DNA of 62,318 nucleotides, counting the filler, from Choristocarpus tenellus KU-1152 (taxonomy: Eukaryota > Protista > Phaeophyceae): the NCBI GenBank assembly GCA_964200185.2. It is 9 parts of 9 records of this genome, joined end to end, with 100 filler letters (N's around TTAATTAATTAA, not from the genome) between each part and the next. Parts side by side here need not be neighbours in the genome. Positions count along the whole stretch, not along the records: positions 45,709 to 53,941 come from CAXNAD020004959.1; positions 54,042 to 59,321 come from CAXNAD020011277.1; positions 59,422 to 62,318 come from CAXNAD020023821.1; 6 more parts are not named here. One strand, 5' to 3'. Shown piece after piece: positions 50,029-61,979 of this stretch; position 1 is the stretch's first letter, and every line of letters begins with the position of its first letter. The notes under the pieces were generated by a model. That model worked only from the letters and a program-made list of their open reading frames with translations, searched no databases and was not told the origin of the DNA. The translations under genes were made by a program, and so were the position numbers.

Positions 50029-51815
50029 CTATAAGACAGAGCGATCAGCAAGTTCGGCCATTGGTGTACCCCCATCTCTGTCTCGCCCACAGCCGCGAGT
50101 TCCTGCTGCTCCGGCAACCCCCCCTGGCCCAGTCGTTCCCACACCTGTTGCAGTTGCTGCCACCGCTGTTGCTGCTGATGTCTGATCCGTCTTTGTTGAC
50201 TCTGTCGATGCTGCTAACCCCTCTTGTTCAGTCTCCATTGGTGTTGTTTCCTGCTCTCCCTCTGGTTGGTGGAGCAATGACTTGGGAGGGGGGATTGTGA
50301 CCTCCCCACCAAGCCTTGTGACACACACAATGCACTGGTTGCCTGGTCGTAGGGAGGACTCTGCGGCCACATACTTCCCCGCAGGTGTCCTTAAGTGGAA
50401 GCGCAGCATGCTCCCACCCTTATGCCCAAAGAGGACTCGGAGGAGGGCCTGGTGGACAATGTCACAATCACCCTCCCAGATTATGTCAGCCAACCCCTTT
50501 CCAATGATATCTCGGGGGTTTATCCCCACCAAACGCTTGAAAGCTGTACTTGCATATCGGAAAGGAGCTCTGTGGTCCATACCGTGGATTGACATCATAT
50601 CTGGGCCTTCCTCAACCATAACACGGAAGAGCTGAAAGTTTTTTTGTTGAGTGTGGGGAGAAGGCTTGAGAGGTGTGTGTGTTTGTAATGAAGGGAGGGG
50701 AGGGCGAAGGTGGAGAAAAGTTCTGGTTGGTAGAGAGGAGTTAGCAGGGTTTCACAAAACAAGTGGGAACGGTGGCAATGGGGGTGTAATGAGCACATTT
50801 TACGATTTGTATTTGTGGAGTGTGAGTTCTAACAACAGTAAATGATCGTTGACGCTCTTGTGTATTCAGAAGACCTGGTATGGGCTAGAAATACAATCTA
50901 AATGACTTCAATGCTCAGGCCAATCGATTTGTCACCAAGTAAACAAAACGCACACCTGTAAGCATATGTGCTCTCTGTAAAAAACAAGCTACATCCCGTT
51001 GGACCTGTTGACGGTCTTCTTCCCTTACATACCTGGATTTGTTGGATCTGCTCCTTCAGCGATAGCTCCTGCACACGACGCCTCTCTCGGGCCTTACGAC
51101 TACTCTCCCGATTCTGTTCACGGTTTCGCTCAAGTTTTTCCTCAGCCGTCATTTTTCGCGCTTCGTACCCTTGCCTGAAGCGTGGAGGTGGCATGCTGGA
51201 CGTCGCCGATGGTACATTCGCCTCCTCTGGGCGGTGCTGCATTCGGGTGATGTCACATCCAGATGAATCCGATGTCAATGCTCTCGACTGTATATCCATA
51301 TACTCCCCGGCGAACGAATCCTTTCCGTGGAGAGTTGTGGTACTCCCTCCCGTCGCTGACTCATTTAAAGATGATCCAGTGGCCCCTGTGCCTCGCCCCT
51401 CTCCAAGGTGTCGGTCAACTGGACTTCCTCGTCGCTTACCACCCTCAGGCCGTTGCTGGAGCTGCTGAGGGGGGGGGATGAGATAATAGGCAGCCCCCGC
51501 CATCCCAGCCATAGGTCCCATCTCCGCCAATTGAATGCGTGTCGGATCTACCAGGCCTTGCCCCATGTCACCGTACGTGCGAGCTACCAGCATTGAGCTT
51601 GGAATAGCCCCCACTAGCCCATTGTGCGGCAACATTCCCGGATAGCAACCCATGGTGACAACACCTTGGCGGCCATCTCTTCCTTCGTGGGTTAGTGCAG
51701 ATCCTGTGCGGGCTTCGGCGAACGCAGCCATTGACGCTGACCCTACTGGTGACTGAGAAATTGTCATTCCACGCTGTAACTGCTGTTCCCAAGCGGACTC
51801 ACTACGTGATACCAT
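50029..51815 (-). CDS. bZIP-PAS transcription factor (aureochrome-like architecture, non-LOV PAS)
   Basis: Exon 51815..51033 ends with the basic region EEKLERNREQNRESSRKARERRR (N-x7-R) plus LSLKEQIQQIQ|GT. Exon 50631..50029 (CAG acceptor, phase 0) encodes a PAS fold: LFRVMVEEGPDMMSIH...FRYASTAFKRLVGINPRDIIGKGLADII...IVCVTR. There is no GxNCRFLQ motif. Confidence 0.85.
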
Positions 51816-53217
51816 CTTCCTCACCGATTAATCGCCGAGCAATCCAGTGGATCACACCTTGGTCTTCTCGTGAGTCTCACACTGTTCAACTGTCGTCAGA
51901 AGCGCTGGTTGAGGGGAGGAGAAGGAGCGATACCAGAACGTGGGAAACGACTGGGTGTTGTGCAGGAGGTGCCCTAAGAGTGTCGACATGGTCAGGAAAC
52001 ACGAAAATCAAGGGTGAAATTTGTATTACCGACCAAACCTGAACGAAGCCTATCAAAAAAGAGGTATTGCGAAGTTTTGAATAGGTTTTGGGAGGTGTGA
52101 CGCGTGACGTAGGTGAATACTCTTCCTGGAAATACTCCTAACCAATATGATTGGAGGTTTGATACTAAAACTTCAATAATGAAAAAATATATGCATCTCA
52201 ATGAGTCGACTAGCCCAGCAATTACGCTTCCACATAACACAAGTTCGAAAAAGAATCGAAAAGAAAAAATAATAGAGGCGAGAGAATGAATCGAAGATGA
52301 AGTCATCAAGTAATGAATCTACTTAATGGAAACTTTTAAGTCTCATACATATGTACATACATACATACATACATTGTGTGTGCATTGTGTGTTGTGTGAG
52401 TCGTAGACAGTTGTTTGATTCCTGGTGTAACCCTATTTACAAAGTTATATATGTATTAATCCCCTCTAACAATTTACAAATACGTACGTACATATTTTGT
52501 CTAGCACACATCATCTCCAATACCTTCGCACGATTTTCTACAGTAGTGGTAGTAATATTACATTATGTCATCATAATCAACTCAAGGAATAGCAGGAAAA
52601 ACACCACCAGGACCAGCACTCCGTAATAATACCCACACGGTGTAAACATTGTCGCTCCCCTCATGGTAAGAGAGGGCCACCCCCATCTATTTGTAATGGT
52701 CTGACTCCGGCATATTATCCGATATTGAAGGCGACGTCTTCTAAGTAGTAGTGGAGCTATTTAGTTAGAATTCGTTTTGCTCTACACTAAATGTCATTAG
52801 AAATTATGAACCAGCAGTAGTAGTCACTCGGATTTATTTAAGACCTGTCCTCACTAATTTCTGTACGTATTTCTTGGTTTCAGTAGTAGCAGCAACATCA
52901 ACAGCAACAGCAGTAGCAACAACAACAGTGGTGGCAAATAATAACAAAGGTGGTGGTACCCATAGTAGTAGTAGTAGTTGATGAAGGGAGTCAAAATAAA
53001 TGAGGGGTGCCCAGGTTTTGCCCGTTTTGTATTTAGGTCTGTTCTTTTTTAATCTTGCACAATTCAATCACATTTCTATGGATGAAGTTCTAGGTTTGAC
53101 TTGAGAGCATTTATTTCTCTGTTGTTTGAAATTTTCGAATAAACTTCAGAAAATATCCTGTATGCACTTGTGAAAGAGTCGAATTTTCGAAGATATATAT
53201 ATAAATATGTCAGCACC

Positions 53218-53793
53218 TATGAATCGTGTGATTCTGTGGCGGCGTGGTTCACTCAGACAAGGGTGGTGAAGAGAATCATCGAGTAAGTAAGACAGACTAG
53301 AGGCTCAAAGTATCTGGGGGGGGGGGGGTGGCGGCTCTTCAATTGGGGTCCATTTTTTCGTATCACATTTTCTGGGTGATTTGGTTGCATACGTCGGATG
53401 GATAATGAAAATGCAATTTTTCTGATTTTGGTCCAAAATGGATACCCTGGTGTAGACCCCCCCCTCCCCCCCAGATGCTTTGGGTCAGACGGACCAAGAC
53501 AAACCGTAACCGAGAGGATGAGGTTAAGTTGGACAAGTGCAAGACTGCAAGGAATTGCAGCAAAATTGTTGAGTATGAGAATCTTACAAGAGGGGGATCA
53601 TCACAAAAGTCAAGACGTGACAACCAAGAGAATCCTTGATGTGTGACATCTCTGGTTGAAGTGATGACAACTACTTGTGGGATTGATCTCTTGAAGGATT
53701 CCACACCTCAATATTCGTAAGACCCTCCTCTCTCTGCTGGTATCAGGTAGTCCTGACAAGGAAACCTCAATGGGTATACGGTATATGGCATAC
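53218..53793 (-). mobile_element. Solo LTR of the gypsy family at 5596-5905, interrupted by a family A MITE (53302-53486)
   Basis: Shares GTGTGATTCTGTGGCGGC..GGTTCACTCAG.CAAGGGTGG.GAAGAGAATCA, GACAAACCGT.AACCGAG...GAGGTTAAG and GGTATA.CGGTATATGGCATAC with 5604-5902. The MITE is flanked by AGA/AGA. Confidence 0.75.
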
Positions 53794-53847
53794 TAGTACA
53801 TATTTCACGATCGCTTTGAACGGGTGCGCTTTTGTTGGTTTTGGCAG

Positions 53848-53919
53848 GTTCAATTCCACCAGAACTTGGCAACCTTGAGCTACTAGAAGTACTAGGTCTC
53901 TCTGAGAACCAGCTTAGTG
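53848..53919 (+). CDS. Single 72-bp leucine-rich-repeat exon (24 aa)
   Basis: TTTTGGCAG|GSIPPELGNLELLEVLGLSENQLSG|GTGAGT. It is phase 1-1 and encodes exactly one plant-specific-type LRR unit. Confidence 0.9.
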
Positions 53920-54098
53920 GTGAGTATTCTTTCCAGTGTATNNNNNNNNNNNNNNNNNNNNNNNNNNNNNNNNNNNNNNNNNNNNTTAATTAATTAANNN
54001 NNNNNNNNNNNNNNNNNNNNNNNNNNNNNNNNNNNNNNNNNCTGCGTGCCAATGGCGCTGCCCACAGATCGAGAGCGTCAGACAGCAATGCCAAGGGC

Positions 54099-54390
54099 AT
54101 GTCCTCGCTCCTCGAACAGCACTACCTCGGCATGTACAAGATGAAACTCGGCAACATCTCGTGCACGGAGATGGTGCAGTCCCTGAGCGAGCGTGGCCTT
54201 GCGCGCGTCAGCAAGTCTATCCGTGAAAAGGGCTGGCTCAAGCAGTTTGCTCCGTCCATCATCATCCAACGAGACTGCTTAGGCAACGGGGACCAGCTCA
54301 CCGCCGACACCGCACTTGCCGTTCAAGGACACACACTGGACGGAAACCATAGAATAATGGTGTTGAAGAGAGAGTTTGATCACGAACGCG
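54099..54390 (+). CDS. ParB/Sulfiredoxin-like N-terminal domain fragment (GC-rich)
   Basis: LSERGLARVSKSIREKGWLKQFAPSIII...LDGNHRIMVLK resembles the ParB N-terminal pattern (L..SI...G.L.PI.V ... DG.HR). Confidence 0.55.
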
Positions 54391-54564
54391 CTTTCAATTC
54401 AAGCAAGCAAGCCAACGCAGGGCATACATGTACACGACAATCAAACGAAATCGTTGCCGTCCCTCACATACTGTCCTACTACCACCTTCGTCGGGATGGA
54501 TTCCCATTTGTAGCGGGGCCTTCCAAAAGTGCCGCAACATTAAGATATATATATATATATATGT

Positions 54565-55330
54565 GCACTTTCCACACACCAATCCGCGTCTTGCTCATCC
54601 TCAATTTTGATGCTGTTAATACCACAACACAAGAAACACCTTTCTTCCCACTTTTTGGACGCCGGCCAATTTTACTGATAAATGTCATTTTTGGTCTATC
54701 TAAAACAACAGTTGCACAATCTAGTCAAGAGTTTACTCAATCAACAGCTGAGAATTTACAGTTAGCTTTTGAATTGGCCTGTCGCAATCTGGGAGAACAG
54801 AATGCTAAGAAAATTGCAAACAATGAAACTCTTGTTTTCCCTGTGTTTCAAGTTGGAGCTCAAGTTTTGGTGCATCGTCCACATATTGACCGTGACGGGC
54901 CTAATCCAAAATTAATTCATCCTTGGTGTGGACCTTTCACAGTGATCGCTAAGATTTCCCCTGTAGTTTACTGTGTCTGTAAACAGGGTGACATCAAAGA
55001 TATTTTTGTTCACTTAGCCCACTTGAAACCTTACTTTCCAAACACACAATCACCTGAACCTGATTTGATGAAACTCAGTGATTTTTTTCTTGGCCGAACT
55101 TTGCCCTTACCAGATCTGGATGATTTAGAATCCCCAGGAACCATTGGTCCTTACATTATTGAAGCTATTGTGGGACACAAGTTTGACCATGGACCTCGTT
55201 CACCTATGAACATAGAATATAGATTACGCCATAAAGGCTATGACCATGCTTCTAATGTATTCTATTGTCCACGTGATTTGCCACAATGTGCAGAAATGAT
55301 TGCTCCATATAGGCAACATTGCCTGGATAC
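54565..55330 (+). mobile_element. Ty3/gypsy (chromovirus-type) integrase C-terminus with chromodomain
   Basis: ETPFFPLFGRRP...FQVGAQVLV...KLIHPWCGPFTVI...VHLAHLKPY (GPY/F module), then YIIEAIVGHK...EYRLRHKGYD (chromodomain). Confidence 0.85.
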
Positions 55331-58300
55331 ACCTCATTCCAACACAAAACCTTCGGTTGATATCAACCCTGATCCATTAAAAAGTTTCTATACTTCATTG
55401 AATTTTATGCTGAAGGTAATATATATATTTTCAAATATGTGTTGCGAATTTTATTTGTGTTTCAGTCAATGATTGATGGTTGTGTTGTTACATATATATA
55501 CATCTTTTGATATATATGCCACATGGATGTTATTTTGGCCATATCAGCTTATGATAAGTTGATTTTTTTTGTACATGTGCACCCATGTATGAACAGTGGA
55601 GACCCGAGTTCATTTTTTTTCCAAATGACTCTTGCACACTTGTTTTATTTTATTTCATCTTTCTTTTCTTTTCTTTTTCAGGAGGACAACTGTTTTGTTC
55701 AACAGTTATTTCAGAGATGGTGTATGGCCAACTCCATCCCCGTGTTTGTCCACGGTTTAAACGTTATTTTTTATTTATTTATTTTTGTTTGGTTTTGTTC
55801 ATTTTTATTTTATTTTTTTCCACTTTGTTTCTAATTGATCAGAACATCCATGTGATATGCTGTTGACATTTATATATGCAAGTATATACTGATTGGTGCT
55901 GCAGTGATACAGCTGTAATTTGATCACGATTTCTGCGCTCCCATTGGCAGTCTCCCATATTCTTGTTTCCTCATTTGAGATGATGGTTCATGCATTTACA
56001 TCTGTATCTTCTTGCCGGAGTTAGCAGAATTTCATGATAAGACTAGCTAGCCCTTGCCTTTGCCCCTTTTCATGTTGAAGATTTGACCAGACGTGGTCGT
56101 ATCTGATACATCGAAATCATGATCGTTCCATGTGCCCAGATATGTTTGATTAACTCACCCCTGATCAAGGTGAAGCGGCACTGATTTGGTTGCCACCAAT
56201 CAACCTTAGTTACAAGTGCTAAGTTGTGAGGCCTCACGAAAAACACTTCTTGTTCTGCATTTTTGCAAATTTGTATATATATACATATATATTTTATTGT
56301 GTTCACAACTGTCTTGCAAGACAGTATTTCTTTGTTGATAAACTATTTCTTCTTTTCTTTTCTTTTCAATGCTCATGTCAGTTTTTCTGCACACACATTT
56401 CCTCCATTTCCCATTGACACCAATGTTGTTTTGATACCTGCATCAAACCACATAGGGGGGGGGAGGTGATGTGAGAGCCATCTTCCACCGACAGTATACC
56501 CTGAAGATGACATATCTTGAACATCATGATATTCATGTCACATTTGTTTTTGCATGTTGAAGGTAACATCTGCTTGAAGAAAGATTGGGTGGTTTGAGTG
56601 ACCTTACCAAATCCCCCTCCGTCACTTTTCCACTTGTTTACTCTTTTCCTGAGTGAACTTCTGAGGGATTGCTCTCCCTCTTTGACTTTGTCTCTCTTTA
56701 ATCTGTCCTCCTGTGGGTCTTCACCCTCCCCTTCATTTCGAAGAACCTGTCGGCTTGTTTCCACCTGTTTCACACTTCCCTATTTTGTATTGTCGTTTTG
56801 CTTTCTCAGTCATGTTTGAACTAATACTATATATTCCCTCCAACTTTACTTTGTTATGGATGGGTTTGGGATTCTTAAAACTAGTGTGATGATCAAAATA
56901 CTACAAATTCTACTACTGTACCACTAAAATGTTCTGAACTTTTAGTCAACACATTTGTTTCTGTTCGCACTCACTCCAAAACACAAACAACCCCACAACG
57001 AATATATTTTGTAGCTGCATATTTTGATTTTAGGTTTTGAAAAATCTATAATGAATTTGTAAATATCTTCTCAATACTTGAACCGATTTGAAATATTCAT
57101 ATGTATCAAGAATAAATATTGTGTAACGAGTCCAATATCGTACCTTCTTGATAAAGAAGTATTTGACACGAATACTGTTATAAACTTCTTTAGGTTTATG
57201 AATGGGCGAGGATGTAGGGATTATGTAAACCAAATTGTACATCAACATGATAACCAACCCATGTTGATAGTTGTTCAACTACAGCTATAACAGGTGTGAC
57301 TATTTACTCGCTCAGCCTATTATGTGGAACTACAAGAGAGTTTATCGTACTGGCGGTTGTGTTGGTTCTAGGAACAGCTCTTCTATTCCATCCAAGGTCT
57401 GTCATTGACTTTGGTAGTCCACAACCTATCCTAGAAAGGTCATATTCAATGAAGAGAACACGTAGAACTCGCACTTCTTTGGGTGTGTAGAGGAGAAACA
57501 GGAAGAGTGAACAACCCCCCACAGAAGGCCCAAATAGAAAGAGAAAGCAGTGAACGCTAAAGCAGGATCCTGTGTATGCACTACGTAGAATTCTTCAAGG
57601 AGGTGGATACTCAGTCTGCCTATGGGTGGTGCATAGTCAATGAGTCAAATCAATTGAGAGGTAGGCAAATGTTGAGCCTTTTGCATTCTAAGCCATCTTT
57701 CTTCCCTTGTGCGAAAACTCTATTTTGTTGTTTTAGGGGCACAATAGTGTACGCAATGTTGACCTACCCCCTTTCCGCACGGAAAAGTGACACCACAATT
57801 CAACGAAAGATCTTTCTGGAATTTTACAAAATGGCATCGTCTTCTTAGTCCTTCTCGGATCCTTAAAATGAAACTCTGACTTCCTCCCAATTGAATTGAC
57901 TCAATGCCTATAGGATAGGAGCACTTCTTACAATACCATATTTCTTGATACACTCACAACAACAGTCACATTAATCGCACACAAAGTCACAGCCTGAATG
58001 CAAATGGAATGAATTGATAACAATATGTAGTGAACTGGAAAAGGAAAGTTCTTCATTCAGCATAAACGTCGAGGGGAGGATATCCTAGGTTAAGGGTACT
58101 CTGGGAAATGACGACGATAGAATCACATCAATCCTCTGATGGAGTCTTCACACTTGGCGCGACTTGGTCACCTATTAAAATCACGGCGTGACCTCGACTG
58201 GATTCCAGGAGGCAGTATGACATGCAGACTGGGCACAAGCTTAGGACCAAAACACCCCCTGTATAGGGTAAGTCACATTGTATCTTACCTTCCACATAAT

Positions 58301-58479
58301 GTCTTTTAACGCCTGTCCCAACAGCTGAGCCTGCCCGTATGCTGTGTGACACGTGTCTCATTCACATTCACTGGTGCCGGGGTATTCTGGGTAGGCCGGG
58401 GTTGTGAGCGCCGTTGCTTCCTAGGGTGCAGGGGAGGGTGGCATGGGTTGGATTGTGTCGCTTGATTGGCTATTGACTG

Positions 58480-58900
58480 CATTAACCCTACATTTCCTCA
58501 GCAAATACAAATCTTCCCCACCCCTATCAATAAATGTCAAAAAGATCTAGTATCTTTTATCCTTTGCCGTGAAAATGAGTTTGTTGTGATCACTTGACTT
58601 TCCAATGGGACCTCCATTCAACCTCTTCATCCAACAGAAGTTCACCCCAAACTCAGGATCCACAGAGACATCTGTGATAACGAATTTTCAAAGTTCCCCC
58701 CCCAGGATAGATTCATTTCCAGGTCCCATTTTGCCCACGATTTTCAGGTTTCTCCCCACTCCAACAGTTGCGACTCTAGACTGAGGTCGAAATTTCTTCA
58801 TGTGATTGTAATAAGAAGTAAAATGATCCCAGATTTCACTGTCCAACATCCAATAGTCTATCAGATCTGAATTGTTCACAGTTGATACATGCCTCTTGCC
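58480..58900 (-). mobile_element. Ty1/copia aspartic protease region remnant
   Basis: YWMLDSEIWDHFT...VATVGVGRNLKIVG matches the copia protease pattern W.LDSGA..H.T...V.VG.G..L...G, with stops downstream. Confidence 0.65.
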
Positions 58901-58977
58901 AAAACAATATTTTTATCATCCATAGTGAGTGTTCTAGTTAGTCGTGTTTTGTTGCCCTTCCCAAACTCCCTCCTGGA

Positions 58978-59159
58978 GTTTCAAAGTGTCTGGTGGGGGG
59001 TGCCAGCTGTCCATTTTGGGGTCCATTTTTCCATGTCACGATTTTGCGGTGATTTGGTTGCATGCATCAGATGGATATTATAAGTGCACTTTTCCTGGTC
59101 AGGACCCGAGTGGACACCCTGGCGTAGACCCCTCTCCCCACCCCCAGATACTTTGAGCA
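58978..59159. mobile_element. MITE family A copy
   Basis: TTCAAAGTGTCTGGTGGGGG...CCCCCAGATACTTTGAGC. Confidence 0.85.
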
Positions 59160-61135
59160 GGGTTAAAGTAGCAGCTGTTTCACCATTTCCATCTTTTCCC
59201 TCTCCAACCAGATTGCCCCTTTTCTCTTGCCCCCTTCTCGCCTTACATTCAGAGAGTGAAAGTATCTTAGAGGGTACGAATTTTGCCCTGTTTGTCCATT
59301 TGGGGCTTGGCTTCCCATGGGNNNNNNNNNNNNNNNNNNNNNNNNNNNNNNNNNNNNNNNNNNNNTTAATTAATTAANNNNNNNNNNNNNNNNNNNNNNN
59401 NNNNNNNNNNNNNNNNNNNNNCCCCCCCCCCCGACCCCCGGGATTTTAGTCGTTGGAAAACAAAAACCCCGGGGGACTAGTGGGCAACCCGCCCCCCCCC
59501 CCCCCCCCAACAACAAAGGGTCTCTCGTTTCTATACGCTCGTGGCCGAGAAAATATCGCTCCTGTGCGTACACTCTGTAGACTAATGTACGTAACTGCCA
59601 TAGTGGGTTATATTTGGAACGGAAACTGTTGTTGCAACGGGGGTGGATAGGTTGCGATGGTATCTGTACTCGGTGCTCAACACCTGTCCTGCTTGTCTTC
59701 AGACAGGTATCAGGGGTGTGCATCTTTTTTATCTTTCTTATCCATGCGAGGTGTTGATGAGTATTTACGCTTTGTGCGTGTGTGCGTGTGTGTGTGTGTG
59801 TGTGTGCATATGCTATCCTGGTTTTTGTTTCCCAAGAAGAAGGGGAAGGGTTCAGTTACACCTGACCCTTCACCATGAGTTAATTCGTGCTCTCTCGGGT
59901 ATAATGTATGTATGATGTCCTATTTGACATGGTGTGGGTAAGAGGGGGGTGCAAGTGTTGAAAATGCATCAATACAAGTAGCACACTTAGAACATTGAAA
60001 TAAAAATAAAGGTTTTTCTGGCAATCTGTGGTCCATTCGTGATGAGTCTTGACCTATAAAACATGCAAGACACCATCCCCAACTATCCTAACAGAAATAT
60101 TCTCATGAGATTTTCTTATCATCAAAACATAAAACACAACCCATAGGAAAGTCGCTTGATTCCACTTATACCCTAAGTCCTACATTGTGTAAACTATGTA
60201 CCCTATATTTACAATAATAGCATAGCCCCTGGAAGTAATCTATTTCTACAAAAAGATACTCATAATGAACCCTTGAGGGACCAAAAATATACTTCACCCA
60301 AACCAACCACTTTCAACCCAAGAGAGAGTCCTAGTATGATCCACAATGTGACAGCAGTTGCAGGTACAATTTATGATGAATTTTAGACAGGAGGGGAAAC
60401 ATGGGAGAGGATCATCAAACACAACCATTTTTGAAATGTACTTCAAAGCAACAAATCGACAGGGCAGGGATCAAAATAGAAATTAGATTGAGTAACACAA
60501 TGGATGTCCTGGCAGTACTTATCACAGCACACATGATAAGCCTTCATCTCTACAACTTTCCGTCAGGATCCAAAGCAATATCAGCACGGAGCACCTGGGC
60601 AACCATTAGCTATCTTTGAAACTTGCTCTGAAGTCTTCAACAAGAGGCAGCAACACTCGACTATTGCTTGCTAGTTCACAGCATTCCAATTATGATAACT
60701 TGTTGGAGCCAAAACATGCTCCATCTCTTCATACTATATCCCTAGGCCACTGCCTTTCTTCTGCTGTAACTTCCATCACAAAGGACTTAGATCGCCATAG
60801 GTTGAGGCGGACCGGGGGGGGGAGGGGTATATGATTAAAACAGCACCTACGCCAACTAAAGCACACCAAGACCTGTAAAATGTAGGTATATGGCTAATTC
60901 ACAAATCTTAAAAACCTTTGCCAGCAAGCTACAAGTCTGTTGTGCTCCCGTTCCGGATACTATCTCTATTTTTCAGTTCAAAGTCGCCACAACCATTTCC
61001 ACACAAAAGACACTCTCAAATACGCATCACACTCCATCGTAGGTACTGTGATTCTACACATACGACTAAATAGGAGGGTTGCCTGGATCCTTTTCCTGAG
61101 TACACCTTCCCCTTTGTCGTCCCGCACTCTCTCAC

Positions 61136-61979
61136 CTGTGCTCCGGTATCTACGAATGCTCGAAGAACCCGCCCATTCACCTCGCAGTCTAGAAATAGCA
61201 TGCAGTTTGCACTCCGCCCACCCCCACCCTCCAAGCCCTCACTCTCTGCGCCACCAGAAAGGGCTATAGATTCCTTCTGGCGATTGTGTTTCCTTTCCCT
61301 CATCCTCGCGGATTGATCGTTACTCCAACATCTCTCCGCAGCCCAGGCCTGTCGCGCCTCCGCTTCCTCCAGCGCCACTCTTGAATCGATCGCCGCCGCC
61401 TCACGGAGAGCACGAGCTTCAGCCTTCGCGAGCTGGGGATAGGATGCTCGAGAGTTGGATGCGATTTGGTTAGGTGATGTTGGAAGTTGCATAGGTCATG
61501 TCCAGGAGGCTCGGCCATTCCGGCAACTCCCAATTGATCAATTAAGTTGACGGTACAATACTGGGCAAGCGGCAGCAAAAAAGATAGCAAGAGATTCTAA
61601 TTGACACGCTAATTCATAGGTTGAACTAAATGGTACTAGTGTTCCATGTTTGTCAATGGAAGGTGTTATCCCCAGAGCACAACATACATCATCCCCCCCA
61701 ACCAATTTTTCAAGTCCCCATTACTACGCCACCTCTAACCTCAATTATATCCCTCATCGACTGAGACTCCCCACTAGTCCCAAAATATTTCTGTCCATTC
61801 CCCAACCCCCCACCCTTAGCAGGCCTTGAGTCGGGGTGTTGCCATTCTCCGCTTCCACCCATTGTCCGTAAGGAGCTCAAGGCAAGGACGCAAAATGCCA
61901 CCCATGCTGAACAGAAGTAACCCCCCTGCCGTCGCAATAGCCACAAATGGCTTCGATGACGGGGTCGATCATAATGCAT
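61136..61979 (-). CDS. Ddi1-like retroviral-type aspartyl protease, 5' exons
   Basis: Exon 61432..61136 ends MLFLDCEVNGRVLRAFVDTGAQ|GTGAGA (Ddi1 RVP motif ML...C.VNG....AFVD.GAQ). A probable first exon 61979..61740 (phase 0) contains the hydrophobic stretch AWVAFCVLALSS. Confidence 0.8.

Noticed and set aside
50029-51815. Aureochrome blue-light receptor
   Set aside because: The PAS domain lacks the LOV GxNCRFLQ motif.
54099-55472. A bona fide 457-aa host gene
   Set aside because: Composition shifts abruptly, the frame crosses an (AT)n tract (YIYIY), and the 3' part is a truncated integrase without its catalytic core.
56378-57290. Charged ORF (56378-56773) and AT-rich ORFs (57030-57290)
   Set aside because: No family resemblance or convincing exon chain.
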